From an uncultured Acidobacteriota bacterium (lineage in GTDB: Bacteria; Acidobacteriota; UBA6911; RPQK01; JAPXNP01), in the NCBI GenBank assembly GCA_963777605.1, contig CAVZRV010000030.1:32001-96000 (forward strand): a stretch of 64,000 nucleotides of DNA. The letters are read 5' to 3'. This document shows positions 43,015-53,675 of this stretch, piece by piece. Under the pieces are notes generated by a model. The model ran no database searches. It was given only the letters and a program-made list of their open reading frames with translations, and was not told where the DNA came from. The first letter of the stretch is position 1; every line of letters starts with the position of its first letter. The position numbers and the translations under genes are program-made.

Positions 43015-43932
43015 ATGCTACGAAACGTCCTGTTGCGTGCTGCTTCCAGTCGTTCCCTGGTTTCCGTTTTCTCTTCCCTTGGCCGACACTCGGGGCTGTC
43101 AAAACGGTTCATCGCGGGTGAGACCCTGTCCGATTCCATCGCCGTCGTCCGTGAACTCGAGGAGAGAGGGCTTCTGACCACACTCGATCTCCTGGGGGAG
43201 AATACCAGCCAGGAAAACGCGGCCGTACAGGCAACCAGGAATTACATCGAACTGCTCCACGGGATCCGCCGGGGAGGGGTCGGGTCAACGATATCGATCA
43301 AGCTGACCCAGCTGGGTCTCGACATCGACGCGGAGCTCTGCTTCCAGAACCTCTGCCTTATTCTGCAGAAGGCAACCGAGTGCCGGAACTTCGTCCGAAT
43401 TGACATGGAGGGATCGCGATACACGGAATCGACTCTCGCACTCTATCGCCGCTCTTTCGATCGCTTCGGGCACGACCACGTGGGAATCGTGATTCAGGCC
43501 TATCTCCACCGTTCCGAACAGGACATTCGTGATCTGAGCGGACGGGGTTGCAATATTCGGTTGTGTAAGGGAGCCTACATGGAGCCTCCGGAGATCGCTT
43601 TCCCCGAGAAGGCGGACGTCGATCGGAATTTCTGCCACCTGGCCGACATCATGCTCGAATCCAGCGGTTACTCCGCCATTGCAACCCACGACGACCGGAT
43701 GATCGCCCACGTTGGTGCCTCGATTGAACGCCTGGGGCTGGAACCGGACCGCTACGAGTTTCAAATGCTTCTCGGCGTGCGAAGAGAGAAGCAGATCGAG
43801 CTCCTCGAAGAGGGATACAAGATGAAAGTCTATGTCCCGTTCGGTACTCAGTGGGCGCCCTATTTCATGCGGCGGTTGGCTGAAAGACCGGCAAACCTCC
43901 TGTTCCTCCTGCGGAACTTTTTCCGCAAGTGA
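43015..43932 (+). CDS. Proline dehydrogenase (monofunctional)
   Basis: RFIAGET, DLLGE, SIKLTQLG, RIDMEG, QAYLHR, RLCKGAY, IATHD, YVPFG..YFMRRLAERPAN. Confidence 0.93.
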   Translation: MLRNVLLRAASSRSLVSVFSSLGRHSGLSKRFIAGETLSDSIAVVRELEERGLLTTLDLLGENTSQENAAVQATRNYIELLHGIRRGGVGSTISIKLTQLGLDIDAELCFQNLCLILQKATECRNFVRIDMEGSRYTESTLALYRRSFDRFGHDHVGIVIQAYLHRSEQDIRDLSGRGCNIRLCKGAYMEPPEIAFPEKADVDRNFCHLADIMLESSGYSAIATHDDRMIAHVGASIERLGLEPDRYEFQMLLGVRREKQIELLEEGYKMKVYVPFGTQWAPYFMRRLAERPANLLFLLRNFFRK

Positions 43933-43945
43933 CGTTGAGGACGCT

Positions 43946-44827
43946 TTAAAGCCGGCTGGTCATACGGGAAAGGTACTTGCGCAAGGGGCGGAAATCCCCG
44001 AACTGGGCGTCGAACGCCAGGTCCTTCCAGTCGGAATAGCGCTCCTTCTCCCGGGCAGCAACGATTACCGGAATGCGATAGGCGGATGTTAATCGGCTGA
44101 AAGTGGCAATTTCTTCGCTGGTGACCGCATTTGGGTTCTCGCCCACGAAAATGCAGACCAGGTTGATGGGCTCAACCTCGACAATTTCCGACATGATCTG
44201 GAAAGACACTTCGTCACCCAGGTTGAGGGAATCCCAGCCTTCCACTTCCAGGAGCTGGCTCAAGACCGATACGGGAACCCGGGATCGCCTCGTCGGCGCA
44301 GCGCAAAGCGCCGTCTTGCCGTTGGTGTTGCGGCGAATGATCTTGGGGAAAAGGTGGAGGAGGGCGTCTTCGACGTTGTTGCGCACAAGGAGGGCCTGGC
44401 CTGACGAGAAAGTTCCTTCCCGGGTAGCTGCCGCAATCATGGCCGGCAGTGGAACCAGGATTTCCTCGTATATCTCTTCAAGTTGCATCCCTCGCAGGTA
44501 GAGTCGTTCGAGCAGGCACTTCACTTTGTTGCGTTGGTTGTGGCCGGCGAGATAACGAAGAAGGTTGCGGACCTTGGAAAAGTTCCGCGAGTTCAGCCAG
44601 ACTTCCAGTTCCGGGTCTTCCCACTCGTCGGTCGTCAAAAGTCCGGTCGCTTCAAACGAGCGGCTTTTCTGGAACTCACTGATATCTTCGAGTCGAAAAC
44701 GCCGATGGCCACCCGGCGTACGGTAGCAGCGCAAGCCGAAGTCATCAGCCCAGCGCTTGACCGTCGATTCGCTGACGTTCCACATTTGAGCGACTTCTCG
44801 CGTGGAATAGGTTCTCTCTCCGGTCAT
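43946..44827 (-). CDS. Excisionase/MerR-like HTH regulator with degenerate B12-binding (CarH-like) domain
   Basis: STREVA..VSESTVKRWAD..RTPGGHRRF HTH; EIYEEILVP and LEVEGWDSLNLG resemble B12-binding_2/B12-binding regions. Confidence 0.7.
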   Translation of the reverse strand: MTGERTYSTREVAQMWNVSESTVKRWADDFGLRCYRTPGGHRRFRLEDISEFQKSRSFEATGLLTTDEWEDPELEVWLNSRNFSKVRNLLRYLAGHNQRNKVKCLLERLYLRGMQLEEIYEEILVPLPAMIAAATREGTFSSGQALLVRNNVEDALLHLFPKIIRRNTNGKTALCAAPTRRSRVPVSVLSQLLEVEGWDSLNLGDEVSFQIMSEIVEVEPINLVCIFVGENPNAVTSEEIATFSRLTSAYRIPVIVAAREKERYSDWKDLAFDAQFGDFRPLRKYLSRMTSRL

Positions 44828-44922
44828 CCCTCTCCCAACCTGGCGACACACTCCAAAACCACCCGGATCATAACACGCGCCCGGTGCTGGCGAAAGGCGA
44901 AGATTGAGAGAAAGAGAAACAA

Positions 44923-46488
44923 TTACCGGGTGGACTCAAGGTCGTCAAAAACGTAGGCCAGACGGGCTTCTGCCCTCTGGCCTTCCCACTTCATCAGTTT
45001 GCATTTCAGTTCATTTCCCGGGCAAAGGATGCGAAGAAAGGTCAACTCCTTCTCCTCGCGGATCACCCGGTCCTCACGGCTGAAAATCTTGGTCCAGGTT
45101 CCCACGTTGAAGTAGCGGGCTCCGTCGTCCAGTTGCCAGATATCCGGTTCGTGCGTGTGTCCCATCACGACCACCCGGGCTCCCGTCTGCTTCCGGATTT
45201 CGGCCGCGACGCGTCGTAGCCCCAGTCTTTCGCGACCCGGGCGGCTTTCTCGTCGGATCCAGACGACGATCAGAATGAGTTCCAGCAGTGCCAGCCATCG
45301 AAAGGATTCCGACAATCGTGCACTCGGGGCCTTGCTGAGATCGAGGGCCGCACCGGATAGTGTTGCGGGGAAAAAGCCGCTCGCGATCGGCAGGAGGCCC
45401 TGAAGCAGGACGATCATGATGGGGAGGCAAAGAAGGAGGAGCAGGAATGGAGTTCGATACGGGCCGGTCACCATTCGCAGCCAGCGGTGGCTGTGCAGGC
45501 CGCGGCGCTGAAATATGGGCGTGGACCGCAAGTTATGGAGGGCTTCCAGAACTGACTCCCATTCTTCCTTAGAACGTCCGGGAAGCTTGTCAGAGAGATT
45601 CCGGGCGGTAGCCTGGAGGCGCTTTTGGTGGAGGCGGTCGCGAGACCGGTAAGACTCGGCGGTCTCACGCTGCCACTTATTCCGAAATCTGCGCAGCATT
45701 TCCCGACCGTCGGAAAGGAGAAAGCCGAGGGCCTTCAGGGGATGATGGGCTGCGACCCAGGCCACGTAGCGAGACGCGGGCTTGATGTTGTCGGCGAAAG
45801 GGGAGTCGGTTTCGACCCGGTTGAAAAGGTAGCGTACGAAAAGTGACCCGGGCGGAAGTTCGACCTCGCATCCGGCGGCACCGCCGTGACTGGAAGTTTC
45901 GGGAAGTCTGGGTTCGAGCATGCTGCGAAACGAGTTGAACCCGTCGTACTGGTTGCCGTGCTCGATATAGATTACTCCGTCGTAGTGGAACCACGGCCTG
46001 AACTCGACCCGGGCTGCCACCGTTTCGGGGGTCGTTCTGGCCTGGAAGGCGAGCTCTTCGACAAAGGCCTTTCGGACTTCGGGATAGTTGAGCTCGATGT
46101 CGTGGTTCCCGGTCACCAGGACGAGGCGGTGAGCCTGAACGAACTCCGCTAGTTTCTCGAAGAAGTCCGCGTGTCCTGCGATCACCTTCTTCAGCTTCCA
46201 GGCGCTTTCCTCTGGGCCTGCTTTCAGCCCGTACACCGAGTCGCTGCGAAGGCCTTCCAAGGTTTCTGGCTCTTCGTTAACCTGGAGCAGGTCCATGAAG
46301 TCCCCATCGATCACGAGCGTCCACTCGGTTCCGACCCACCGGGGATCGTTCATATGGTGATCGAGGAAGGCGCAGAACTCGTCGTCGAACAGAAAATCTT
46401 CGGTGCGAGAGATGTGTCCGGTTTCACTGTTGCGACCGGAGCTCAGGTGAAGGTCACTGACGATAAGCGTCCCTGGGCGTCGCAGCAT
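44923..46488 (-). CDS. Calcineurin-like metallophosphoesterase with two inserted hydrophobic helices
   Basis: SDLH, DGDFMD, GNHD, EHGNQYD, GHTH, YFNVGTW. Confidence 0.8.
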   Translation of the reverse strand: MLRRPGTLIVSDLHLSSGRNSETGHISRTEDFLFDDEFCAFLDHHMNDPRWVGTEWTLVIDGDFMDLLQVNEEPETLEGLRSDSVYGLKAGPEESAWKLKKVIAGHADFFEKLAEFVQAHRLVLVTGNHDIELNYPEVRKAFVEELAFQARTTPETVAARVEFRPWFHYDGVIYIEHGNQYDGFNSFRSMLEPRLPETSSHGGAAGCEVELPPGSLFVRYLFNRVETDSPFADNIKPASRYVAWVAAHHPLKALGFLLSDGREMLRRFRNKWQRETAESYRSRDRLHQKRLQATARNLSDKLPGRSKEEWESVLEALHNLRSTPIFQRRGLHSHRWLRMVTGPYRTPFLLLLLCLPIMIVLLQGLLPIASGFFPATLSGAALDLSKAPSARLSESFRWLALLELILIVVWIRRESRPGRERLGLRRVAAEIRKQTGARVVVMGHTHEPDIWQLDDGARYFNVGTWTKIFSREDRVIREEKELTFLRILCPGNELKCKLMKWEGQRAEARLAYVFDDLESTR

Positions 46489-46741
46489 CGGGCTCAATTA
46501 TAGGGCGCGCAGCGCCGCTGACAACCTCTCCCTCTGAAACTGGCCACGAGTTAACCTGGGCGCCGGCGCTCGCGTTTGCAGTCGGTGTGTCCAGGATCCA
46601 GCCGAAAGCCACGGGCTTCTGAGTTCCACCGATCGCCTGTATCTCGATCCAGACGCATCCAAATCGTCCAGGCTTTCCAACTCATCCCAAATGAAGTTTC
46701 AAGTTAGTCGGGCCCCCGGCGGCGCCGGACCATTCGCAGAG

Positions 46742-46815
46742 TGAACCGGGTCCGCGAACCGGGGGCGCGGCTTCGCCTTACCCCCGGCTCTGTGTCCGTG
46801 CCATTCCACGGTTCA
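46742..46815. repeat. REP-like imperfect palindrome, copy 3
   Basis: TGAACCG..CCGGGGG-cgcggcttcgcctta-CCCCCGG-ctct..CGGTTCA; AACCGGGTCCGCG is also present at 4454-4466. Confidence 0.6.
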
Positions 46816-46928
46816 AATGGACCAGGGTCCAAGCTTCCAGGTGAAGTTTTCAGGAAACCCTCAGACCGGGGGGCTCAAGAGTCTCCAGGTCGAGCCTCAC
46901 CGGGATCGGCAGCCGCCCACGAAAGGAG

Positions 46929-48115
46929 TCATCTCTTACGAAGCCTGCTCACGAACCGGGCCATGCGTTCCATGGCGATCTTGATGTTCTCAAGTGATGT
47001 CGAGAAGGAGCAGCGCACGAAGCCGGATCCACTTGCGCCAAAGGCTTCTCCCGGCACGACCGCCACCTGCTCCTCATGGAGGAACTGAAAGGCAAAGTCG
47101 CGAGAACTCAACCCCAGTTCGGAGACGTTGGGGAAGGCATAGAAGGCACCACGGGGATGGACCAGGGGCAACTCCATCTCGTTGAGCGCGTGGACCATGA
47201 AGTTCCGGTTCCGACGGAACAGGTCCCTGCAAGTCGGAGACATCTTTCTCTACCCGCTTGATTGCCTCCACGCCCGCAACCTGACTCAGGGTCGGTGCGC
47301 ACAGCATGGTGTACTGGTGAATCGTCATCATGGCATTGATCAGGTCTTTCGGACCACACGCGTAGCCGAGTCGAAAGCCGGTCATCGCCCAGGCTTTGGA
47401 AAAGCCATGGAGAAGAATCGTTCTCTCCCGCATTCCGGGCAGGGCGGCAATACTCTCGGTGGGATTCCTCGTAGCTCAATTCGGCGTATATCTCGTCGGT
47501 GATAACCAGGAGATCGTGGCCGCGAGCCAGGTCGGCAATATCCTGCAGATCCTGGCTGCTCAGAACGGCCCCGGTAGGGTTGTTCGGGAAATTGAGCATC
47601 AGGGCCTTGGTGCGAGGCGTTATCTGTGCCTCGATGGCGTCTGCCGTCAACCGAAAATTGTCCTCGAATCGGGTCTCTGCCACAACCGGGACGCCGTGGG
47701 CAAGCTGGATCACGGGACGGTAAGAGACGTAGCAGGGTTCGTGATAGACGATTTCGTCGCCGGGATCGATGATCGCCCGCAGCGCCAGGTCGACGGCCTC
47801 ACTGACCCCCGTGGTGACCAGGATCTCGTCCTGCGGGGAGTAGGGAATCCCGAAAAACTCGCCCGCGTATCGGGCAAGGGTCTGGCGCAGTTCCAGCAGG
47901 CCCAGGTTCGACGTGTAACCGGTAGCCCCCTTTTCCAAGGCGTAGATCGACATGTCCCGGATGTGCCAGGGAGTCTGGAACCCGGGCTCGCCCACGCCGA
48001 GACTAACGGTGTCGGGCATGGAACTGACGACGTCGAAGAAATCGCGAATGCCGGACTTCGGAATGTTGCGAACCGAGTCGGAGATGAAACTACGGGGTGA
48101 CTTTGAGCCGTTCAT
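46929..48115 (-). CDS. Class I/II PLP aminotransferase; two apparent +1 frameshifts (~47459, ~47229)
   Basis: SLGVGEP, YTSNLG, FPNNPTG, TDEIY | GFSKAWAMTGFRLGY | PRGAFYAF..VPGEAFG..VRCS spread over three frames. Confidence 0.85.
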
Positions 48116-48569
48116 ACTCGTCTGGGGGATCCATCAGCAGTCCCCGGTGCTTGTAGGTTTTCAGCATGAAATGGGTACAGGTGGAAGTGACTCCCTCGAG
48201 AGGGGCCAACTTGGCGCTGACAAAGGAGGCTACTTCCTGAAGTGTCCGGGCATCGACGAAGATCAGCAGATCAAAGGTGCCGGATATCAAATAGAGTGAT
48301 CGGACTTCAGGAAAGGCACCGACGCGGCGAGCCACCGTGTCAAAGCCACCTTTTCTTTCCGGGGTAACTTTGACCTCGATCAGAGCTGTGACCATGTCGC
48401 TGCGCGCCTTTTCCTCGTGAATAATCGCCTGGTACCCACGGATGACCCCGGTTCGTTCATACTCGGCGATCTTCGCCGCGACAACCTCAGCGGGTTGGTC
48501 CACCATCCGGGCGATGTTTTCCACCGACTCTCTGCCGTTCTGCTGCAAAATCTTCAGGATTTCGTCCAT
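48090..48569 (-). CDS. Lrp/AsnC family transcriptional regulator
   Basis: MDEILKILQQNGR..IARMV HTH, GVIRGY, LYLISGTFDL, THFMLKTYK; overlaps the aminotransferase start. Confidence 0.9.
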   Translation of the reverse strand: MDEILKILQQNGRESVENIARMVDQPAEVVAAKIAEYERTGVIRGYQAIIHEEKARSDMVTALIEVKVTPERKGGFDTVARRVGAFPEVRSLYLISGTFDLLIFVDARTLQEVASFVSAKLAPLEGVTSTCTHFMLKTYKHRGLLMDPPDEYERLKVTP

Positions 48570-48736
48570 TGTTCGATTCCCTTGTTGACTCGGGCCACTA
48601 GTGGTTCGGGAACGGACCACAAGGGTAGCACAGACAGCGTGGATCGCCGTGTGGGCCGGGTTTCGGCGGGGCGAAGCCGGCGAAAGCGGATGGGACTTTG
48701 CCAAACGGATCGAAACCGTTCAAAATGTGGCGCTGC

Positions 48737-49510
48737 ATGGAAAAATCAATTCTTCTCGAAATAATCGCTGCTTCACTCGACGATGCCAGAGCCGCTGTTG
48801 AAGGCGGCGCCGACCGGCTGGAACTTTGCAGCGCCCTGGCCCAGGGCGGGTTGACGCCCTCGTTGGGAACGCTGGAAGCCATCAAGGCAGAACTCGACGT
48901 TCGGGTCATGTGCATGGTCCGGCCCCGCGAGGGAGGCATGGCTTACAGCGAAGGCGAATTCGCGGTCATGCTGCGCGATGCCGAGCATCTCCTCAAGTCA
49001 GGTGCGGACGGGCTGGTTTTCGGGTTTCTTTCTACCGACGGCGAAGTGGATATCGACCGCTCCCGGAAATTCCTGGACAAGGTCGCCGACGTTGCCCAGG
49101 GAAGACCCGTGGAAACGGTTTTCCACCGCGCCTTCGACGTCGTGGGCCATCCCGAGCGGGCGCTTGAAGAGATCGTCAATCTGGGAATCACGCGGATCCT
49201 GACTTCCGGCCGCGCTCCGGAGGCGATCGACGGCACTGCCGAGATCCGAAGCTACGTCGAACAGGCCAAGGGCCGAATCCAGATCCTTCCAGGCGGTGGA
49301 ATCGATCTCTTTTCGGTGGAGCGGGTTGTGACCGAGTCGGGTGTTGACCAGGTCCATCTCTACCTGACGGACGAGTTGGAAGACCGTTCGGTGACTCGAA
49401 ATCCGCGAATCTACTTCGGTGCCCACGTGCCGTCATCCGAACTCGAAGTTCGCAGAGTCTCTCCCGACAGGGTTCGCCGGGTGCGTTCGATTCTGAATCG
49501 AATCAACTGA
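48737..49510 (+). CDS. cutC: CutC family protein
   Basis: GADRLELCSALAQGGLTPS, MVRPREG, FHRAFD, RILTSG, PGGGI. Confidence 0.92.
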   Translation: MEKSILLEIIAASLDDARAAVEGGADRLELCSALAQGGLTPSLGTLEAIKAELDVRVMCMVRPREGGMAYSEGEFAVMLRDAEHLLKSGADGLVFGFLSTDGEVDIDRSRKFLDKVADVAQGRPVETVFHRAFDVVGHPERALEEIVNLGITRILTSGRAPEAIDGTAEIRSYVEQAKGRIQILPGGGIDLFSVERVVTESGVDQVHLYLTDELEDRSVTRNPRIYFGAHVPSSELEVRRVSPDRVRRVRSILNRIN

Positions 49511-49517
49511 TCCGGAT

Positions 49518-51767
49518 TCAGTTGAGCAGGTCGAACATCTTGGAGAACTTGACGATGAGGCTTCGCTCGCCTTGGAAATCGGAGAACTCGAAGCCCCGCG
49601 TGTCGTTGTAAACCACGAACAGGCCGGTGTTGGCTGCCTGCAGCCAGGCGAACCGAAGGTTCGTGGACCAGACCTCGTCCAGGTCGTTGTACTGGATCAG
49701 TGTCTGCACGAAGATGCGGGGCGTGAACGAGTAGGAGATGCGGGCGCGACTCAGGTTGACCGTGAAGTCTCCGCTCGGCAGACTGATATCGTTGCGGCTC
49801 CAGCCGATTTGGGTGTTGAGGCGGTCGCCGAGTCTCATTCGCACGGAAGGTTCCGTGGCCAGGCGGTCGCCGCCGAAGAACCCCCCGATGTGGGACTCGA
49901 TTCGCCCGCTCAGCCAGGCGCCCTCATCGCTGAACGCCACCAGTTGGGCCTCTTGGTTGTCGTAGGTACCCGGGGGGACGAAGATCCCGGGGTAGATTTC
50001 GAATGGCTCCAGGACTCCTTCCCGCGTGAAGTTGATCCCGGTGTGGACCGACGCCCCGCTTTTCCACTCCCAATGGTTGTCGACGTGGAGGTAACCGGTT
50101 TCCTGGAACCCTTCGAAATCCCAGTAGCCACGGTAACTGACGTGTGGGCGGAGTTCGTGCAGGCCCAGGAAATGCGCCGGCCGATACCGATAGAGGACCA
50201 TCCAGTCGGCTTTTCGGAAGCTCTCCCGCCGCAGGAAACCGACTTCAGGATTGAAGTTCTCCCCCACCTCCGTGTAGTGGGCCGAAAGTGACCAGGCCTG
50301 GGAGTCATACTCCGATCCGAACCGGAAAGCCTGTTGGCTGGAGTCCATCCCCGGAGTCGAAGTCTTGGCGATGAAGCCGGAAACCTGTCCGTATTCTCCG
50401 ATTCCCCACTTGCCGTCGAAGCCGTAAGTCCGGTTGTAGTCCTCCGCAGCCGCAAACTGGCCGGTGCCCTGGCGGTTGATAAAGATTCCGCCCATAGATG
50501 AGCGGTTGCGCATTTCCCGGTTCACTCGAACCACCGTGAAATTGTTGGCGGGAGCGACGTTCTCCATCCCCTGGGTCTGCATGTTCAGCAGGCCGATGTT
50601 GGTCTTCTCGCCGATCCTTCCCGAGAGACGTCCTCCTCCGACGATTGGGATCACCTCGCCGTCGGGGCCAAGGCCGATCCGGCGACTGAAAAAGAGTTCC
50701 ACCTCTCCAGGCGATCCGACGGAGAAAAGGCCGGCGTTTTCAAGGAAGAACGGCCGCTTCTCGGGGTAGAAGAGGTTGAACCGGTCCAGATTGATCTGCT
50801 CTTCGTCCACTTCCACCTGGGCAAAGTCTGTGTTGACGGTTCCGTCCAGCGTCAGGCTCGGAGTGAAATTGTATTTCACGTCGAACCCGCCGTTGCCAAG
50901 CCAGTTGGTACGCGAAGGTTCCGAGCGATTGCGCAGTTCGCCGAGTATGTAGGGGGTTAGCTGAAGGTTCTTCTGATCAGGGATTTCCAGCCCGGTAATG
51001 GTGCCGGCCATCGAGAGGCGGTAGATGTTGAACTGCCGGGGCAGGGGAGCCCAGTAAGCGCGCTCGTTCCGTCTCCGAATGTTGCGCTGGAAGTTGACCC
51101 CCCAGGTCTGCTCTTCGGCACTTCGGAAGCGGACTGTCCGGAACGGTATCGCGAACTCGGCACTCCACCCGAAGTCGCCGATCAGGGTTTTGACCTGCCA
51201 GGACCCGTCCCAGTTCAGGTTGAAGCCACCGCCCGAGCCGGCAGTCTGGCGGCTCCCGAGGCCGGTTGTCCCCTGTCCTTCCCTGGAGACCTGTCCGTCG
51301 TACTCGATGCCGGCCGGATTGGTTCCGAACAGGAACCCGTTCTGGCGGTCGAGGTAGGTGTCGAGAATCACTTGAAAGCTGTCGGTCTCATCCAGCGGGG
51401 AATCCCTGCGGCTGTCGGAGATGATGATCTGGGATGGATCGCGGTCGTAGCAGACGACCCCGATGTAGAGATTCTCGCGATCGTGGAGGATCCGAACGAC
51501 CGTCTTCTCGCTCGACGGACGTCCCTCGTCGGGCTGAGTCTGCCAGAAGTCGGTAATCTCGCCGGCCCCATTCCAAGCCGGGTCCGAGAGAACGTCTCCG
51601 TCGATTTGAGGAGCCTGGTCGGTAGTGGTGACCTCAGCCGCCGGGGGAGTCGTGGGCGGAAGGGTCGGGGCGATCTGCCCCAGCGTGATCCGGACCACGA
51701 GAAAGAGCACGACAAAGCTCAATAACAGGCGATAAGCGTTCTGAAGTGTTCCCGGTCGAATCATCAT
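49518..51767 (-). CDS. CBM9-like/DOMON + DUF5916 outer-membrane-type protein
   Basis: APQIDG..W, LDTYLD, WSAEFAIPF, NTDFAQVEVD, NLDRFNLFYPEKRPFFLE, FFSRRIG, FNPEVGF. Confidence 0.8.
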   Translation of the reverse strand: MMIRPGTLQNAYRLLLSFVVLFLVVRITLGQIAPTLPPTTPPAAEVTTTDQAPQIDGDVLSDPAWNGAGEITDFWQTQPDEGRPSSEKTVVRILHDRENLYIGVVCYDRDPSQIIISDSRRDSPLDETDSFQVILDTYLDRQNGFLFGTNPAGIEYDGQVSREGQGTTGLGSRQTAGSGGGFNLNWDGSWQVKTLIGDFGWSAEFAIPFRTVRFRSAEEQTWGVNFQRNIRRRNERAYWAPLPRQFNIYRLSMAGTITGLEIPDQKNLQLTPYILGELRNRSEPSRTNWLGNGGFDVKYNFTPSLTLDGTVNTDFAQVEVDEEQINLDRFNLFYPEKRPFFLENAGLFSVGSPGEVELFFSRRIGLGPDGEVIPIVGGGRLSGRIGEKTNIGLLNMQTQGMENVAPANNFTVVRVNREMRNRSSMGGIFINRQGTGQFAAAEDYNRTYGFDGKWGIGEYGQVSGFIAKTSTPGMDSSQQAFRFGSEYDSQAWSLSAHYTEVGENFNPEVGFLRRESFRKADWMVLYRYRPAHFLGLHELRPHVSYRGYWDFEGFQETGYLHVDNHWEWKSGASVHTGINFTREGVLEPFEIYPGIFVPPGTYDNQEAQLVAFSDEGAWLSGRIESHIGGFFGGDRLATEPSVRMRLGDRLNTQIGWSRNDISLPSGDFTVNLSRARISYSFTPRIFVQTLIQYNDLDEVWSTNLRFAWLQAANTGLFVVYNDTRGFEFSDFQGERSLIVKFSKMFDLLN

Positions 51768-51824
51768 CTCAGAACGGGCCGTGCGTCTTCGTCGCGGTCG
51801 TTCGAGACCGTTCCAGGTTGATCC

Positions 51825-52862
51825 TCAAGGCAGTTCCGCCAGTTTAACCGGGCGGCCCTCAGCGGCGGACAGGTCCGCTGCAAAGGCGACCCGGTGAGTT
51901 TCATACCCCGACTGAAAGTCGGTGAGGGGCATCGGCTCACCCTGCGCGAGACTGTCGATGAAGGCCTGAAACTGGGGCTGGTAGGGATGGTCAACCACGT
52001 CGCCCGAGTCGATCAGTGCCGTTTCGAGCGTGCTCCACTTCTCCTTTAGCAGGCCGTCCAAACGAGCCGAATAGAAGCGGTTGTCGAGCAGGCTGCCCTG
52101 GCTGCCGACGAGGTGCAAGTGGAAGTAGTAGGGCTGCAGGCAGTCAATCGAGGAGGCCACCTTTCCGACCGCGCCGTTGGCGAACTTCAGGATGGTGACG
52201 CTGGTGGTGTCGTACTCGTAAGGACGAAAGATCTCGCTTCCTGATCGGCTGGCGTAGCTGGTCACCTCCTCGACCTCGGAATCCATGAAAAAGAGCAATG
52301 AGTCGAGTGCGTGGCATCCGGCAGTCAGGAGGCTGCTGCCTCCCATGTCCTTCTTGATGTTCCACTCATACTGGCCGTACCAGGGGCCGATCCCGTGATA
52401 GTAGTCGACCTCGGCATAGTGGAGGTTCCCGAGCAAGTCCGCGTCGATAACCGATTTCACCATGCTGAAGTGCTTGCTGTAGCGGCACTCAAAGCAGACA
52501 CAGGTTCCTACCCCGGATTGTTCGACCACTTCCTTGACCCGTCGGGCGTTCTGGTAATCGATCGAAATCGGCTTTTCGATGATCAGGTGCTTTCCGGCCC
52601 GGGCGGCGGCGATGGCCTGTTCCGGATGGAGCGGATGGGGAGTGCAGATGTCGATGATGTCAATCTCGGGGTCGGAGACCATCTTTTCGAAATCGGAATA
52701 GGCCTTCAGCGGAGTGCCGAAACGCTGTTCCAGTTCAGATTCGTCGAGGTCCCGCCTCGAGCAGACCGCGGTTACCCGGGCGCCTTCAACTGACTTGAAT
52801 GTTTCGATATGAGCTCCGGCTACCCAGCCGAGGCCGACAATTCCTATATTGAATTCCTTCAT
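51825..52862 (-). CDS. Gfo/Idh/MocA family oxidoreductase (cytoplasmic)
   Basis: [38 protein letters not shown]. Confidence 0.9.
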   Translation of the reverse strand: MKEFNIGIVGLGWVAGAHIETFKSVEGARVTAVCSRRDLDESELEQRFGTPLKAYSDFEKMVSDPEIDIIDICTPHPLHPEQAIAAARAGKHLIIEKPISIDYQNARRVKEVVEQSGVGTCVCFECRYSKHFSMVKSVIDADLLGNLHYAEVDYYHGIGPWYGQYEWNIKKDMGGSSLLTAGCHALDSLLFFMDSEVEEVTSYASRSGSEIFRPYEYDTTSVTILKFANGAVGKVASSIDCLQPYYFHLHLVGSQGSLLDNRFYSARLDGLLKEKWSTLETALIDSGDVVDHPYQPQFQAFIDSLAQGEPMPLTDFQSGYETHRVAFAADLSAAEGRPVKLAELP

Positions 52863-53019
52863 CGCTGCTGTTACCTCCGGGAGCATTCTAAACTGGTTGC
52901 GGCAGACAAACCTGCGCCATTCTAACCGGAACCAGCGAGTGGCGAAAGGCGGGTCTGCAAATCGGCGGGGTGCACAATCTGGCGCGGAGTGGAAAAGGCG
53001 GTGATAATGGTCAATTGTT

Positions 53020-53616
53020 ATGAAGCAGTGGGAAAGTGTCGGCGATCAGTTCACGCAGCACCTTGAAGATCTGGTCCTTTCCGATGGGACGAGGATTCGG
53101 CTTCGCTCGCTGGAACGGTCGGACCGGGCCGAAATCGCTCACGGATTTGAGCGCCTCTCTTCGTCCTCCCGATACATGCGCTTCCTGACTCCGAAGCAGT
53201 TTCTCTCGGACGAAGATCTGAGTTTTCTGACCGAACTGGATGGATTCAACCACGTCGGGCTGGTGGCGATGCGGCTGGACCGGGACGGGTCCGAGGTTGA
53301 TGGGATCGGGATTGCCCGCTTTCTCCGTCTTCCCGGCGAGCCCGATGTGGCCGAACCGGCCGTCACCGTCATTGATGAGATGCAGGGGCGGGGAATTGGC
53401 AGTCTCCTGCTCTCCCGCCTGGCGAAAGCGGCCGTGGAGAGGGGGATTTGCCGGTTCCGTTCCTATCTTCTTTCGGAGAATTACCGGGGCGAGGAGATGA
53501 TTCGCAAGCTTTTTCCCCGTGTTCATTTCGAGATTCGCAGCGAGGTCGTGGTGGCCGATTTCCCCCTCTGCGGGGATGAACCATTTCCAGCCAGTCGATT
53601 CACCAAGCCGGGCTAG
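53020..53616 (+). CDS. GNAT family N-acetyltransferase (PatZ/Pat N-domain-like)
   Basis: [37 protein letters not shown]. Confidence 0.85.
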   Translation: MKQWESVGDQFTQHLEDLVLSDGTRIRLRSLERSDRAEIAHGFERLSSSSRYMRFLTPKQFLSDEDLSFLTELDGFNHVGLVAMRLDRDGSEVDGIGIARFLRLPGEPDVAEPAVTVIDEMQGRGIGSLLLSRLAKAAVERGICRFRSYLLSENYRGEEMIRKLFPRVHFEIRSEVVVADFPLCGDEPFPASRFTKPG

Positions 53617-53675
53617 TGTCCTGCCACGCATCATATGCCTTCTCATCATTTGGGAATCGCTGTTAGAATCCCACT

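Noticed and set aside
48570-48720. Possible SAM riboswitch upstream of the Lrp-aminotransferase pair
   Set aside because: Only GAAACCCGGC is similar; no ATC-AGAG/GAGGGA/GCAACC core and no terminator
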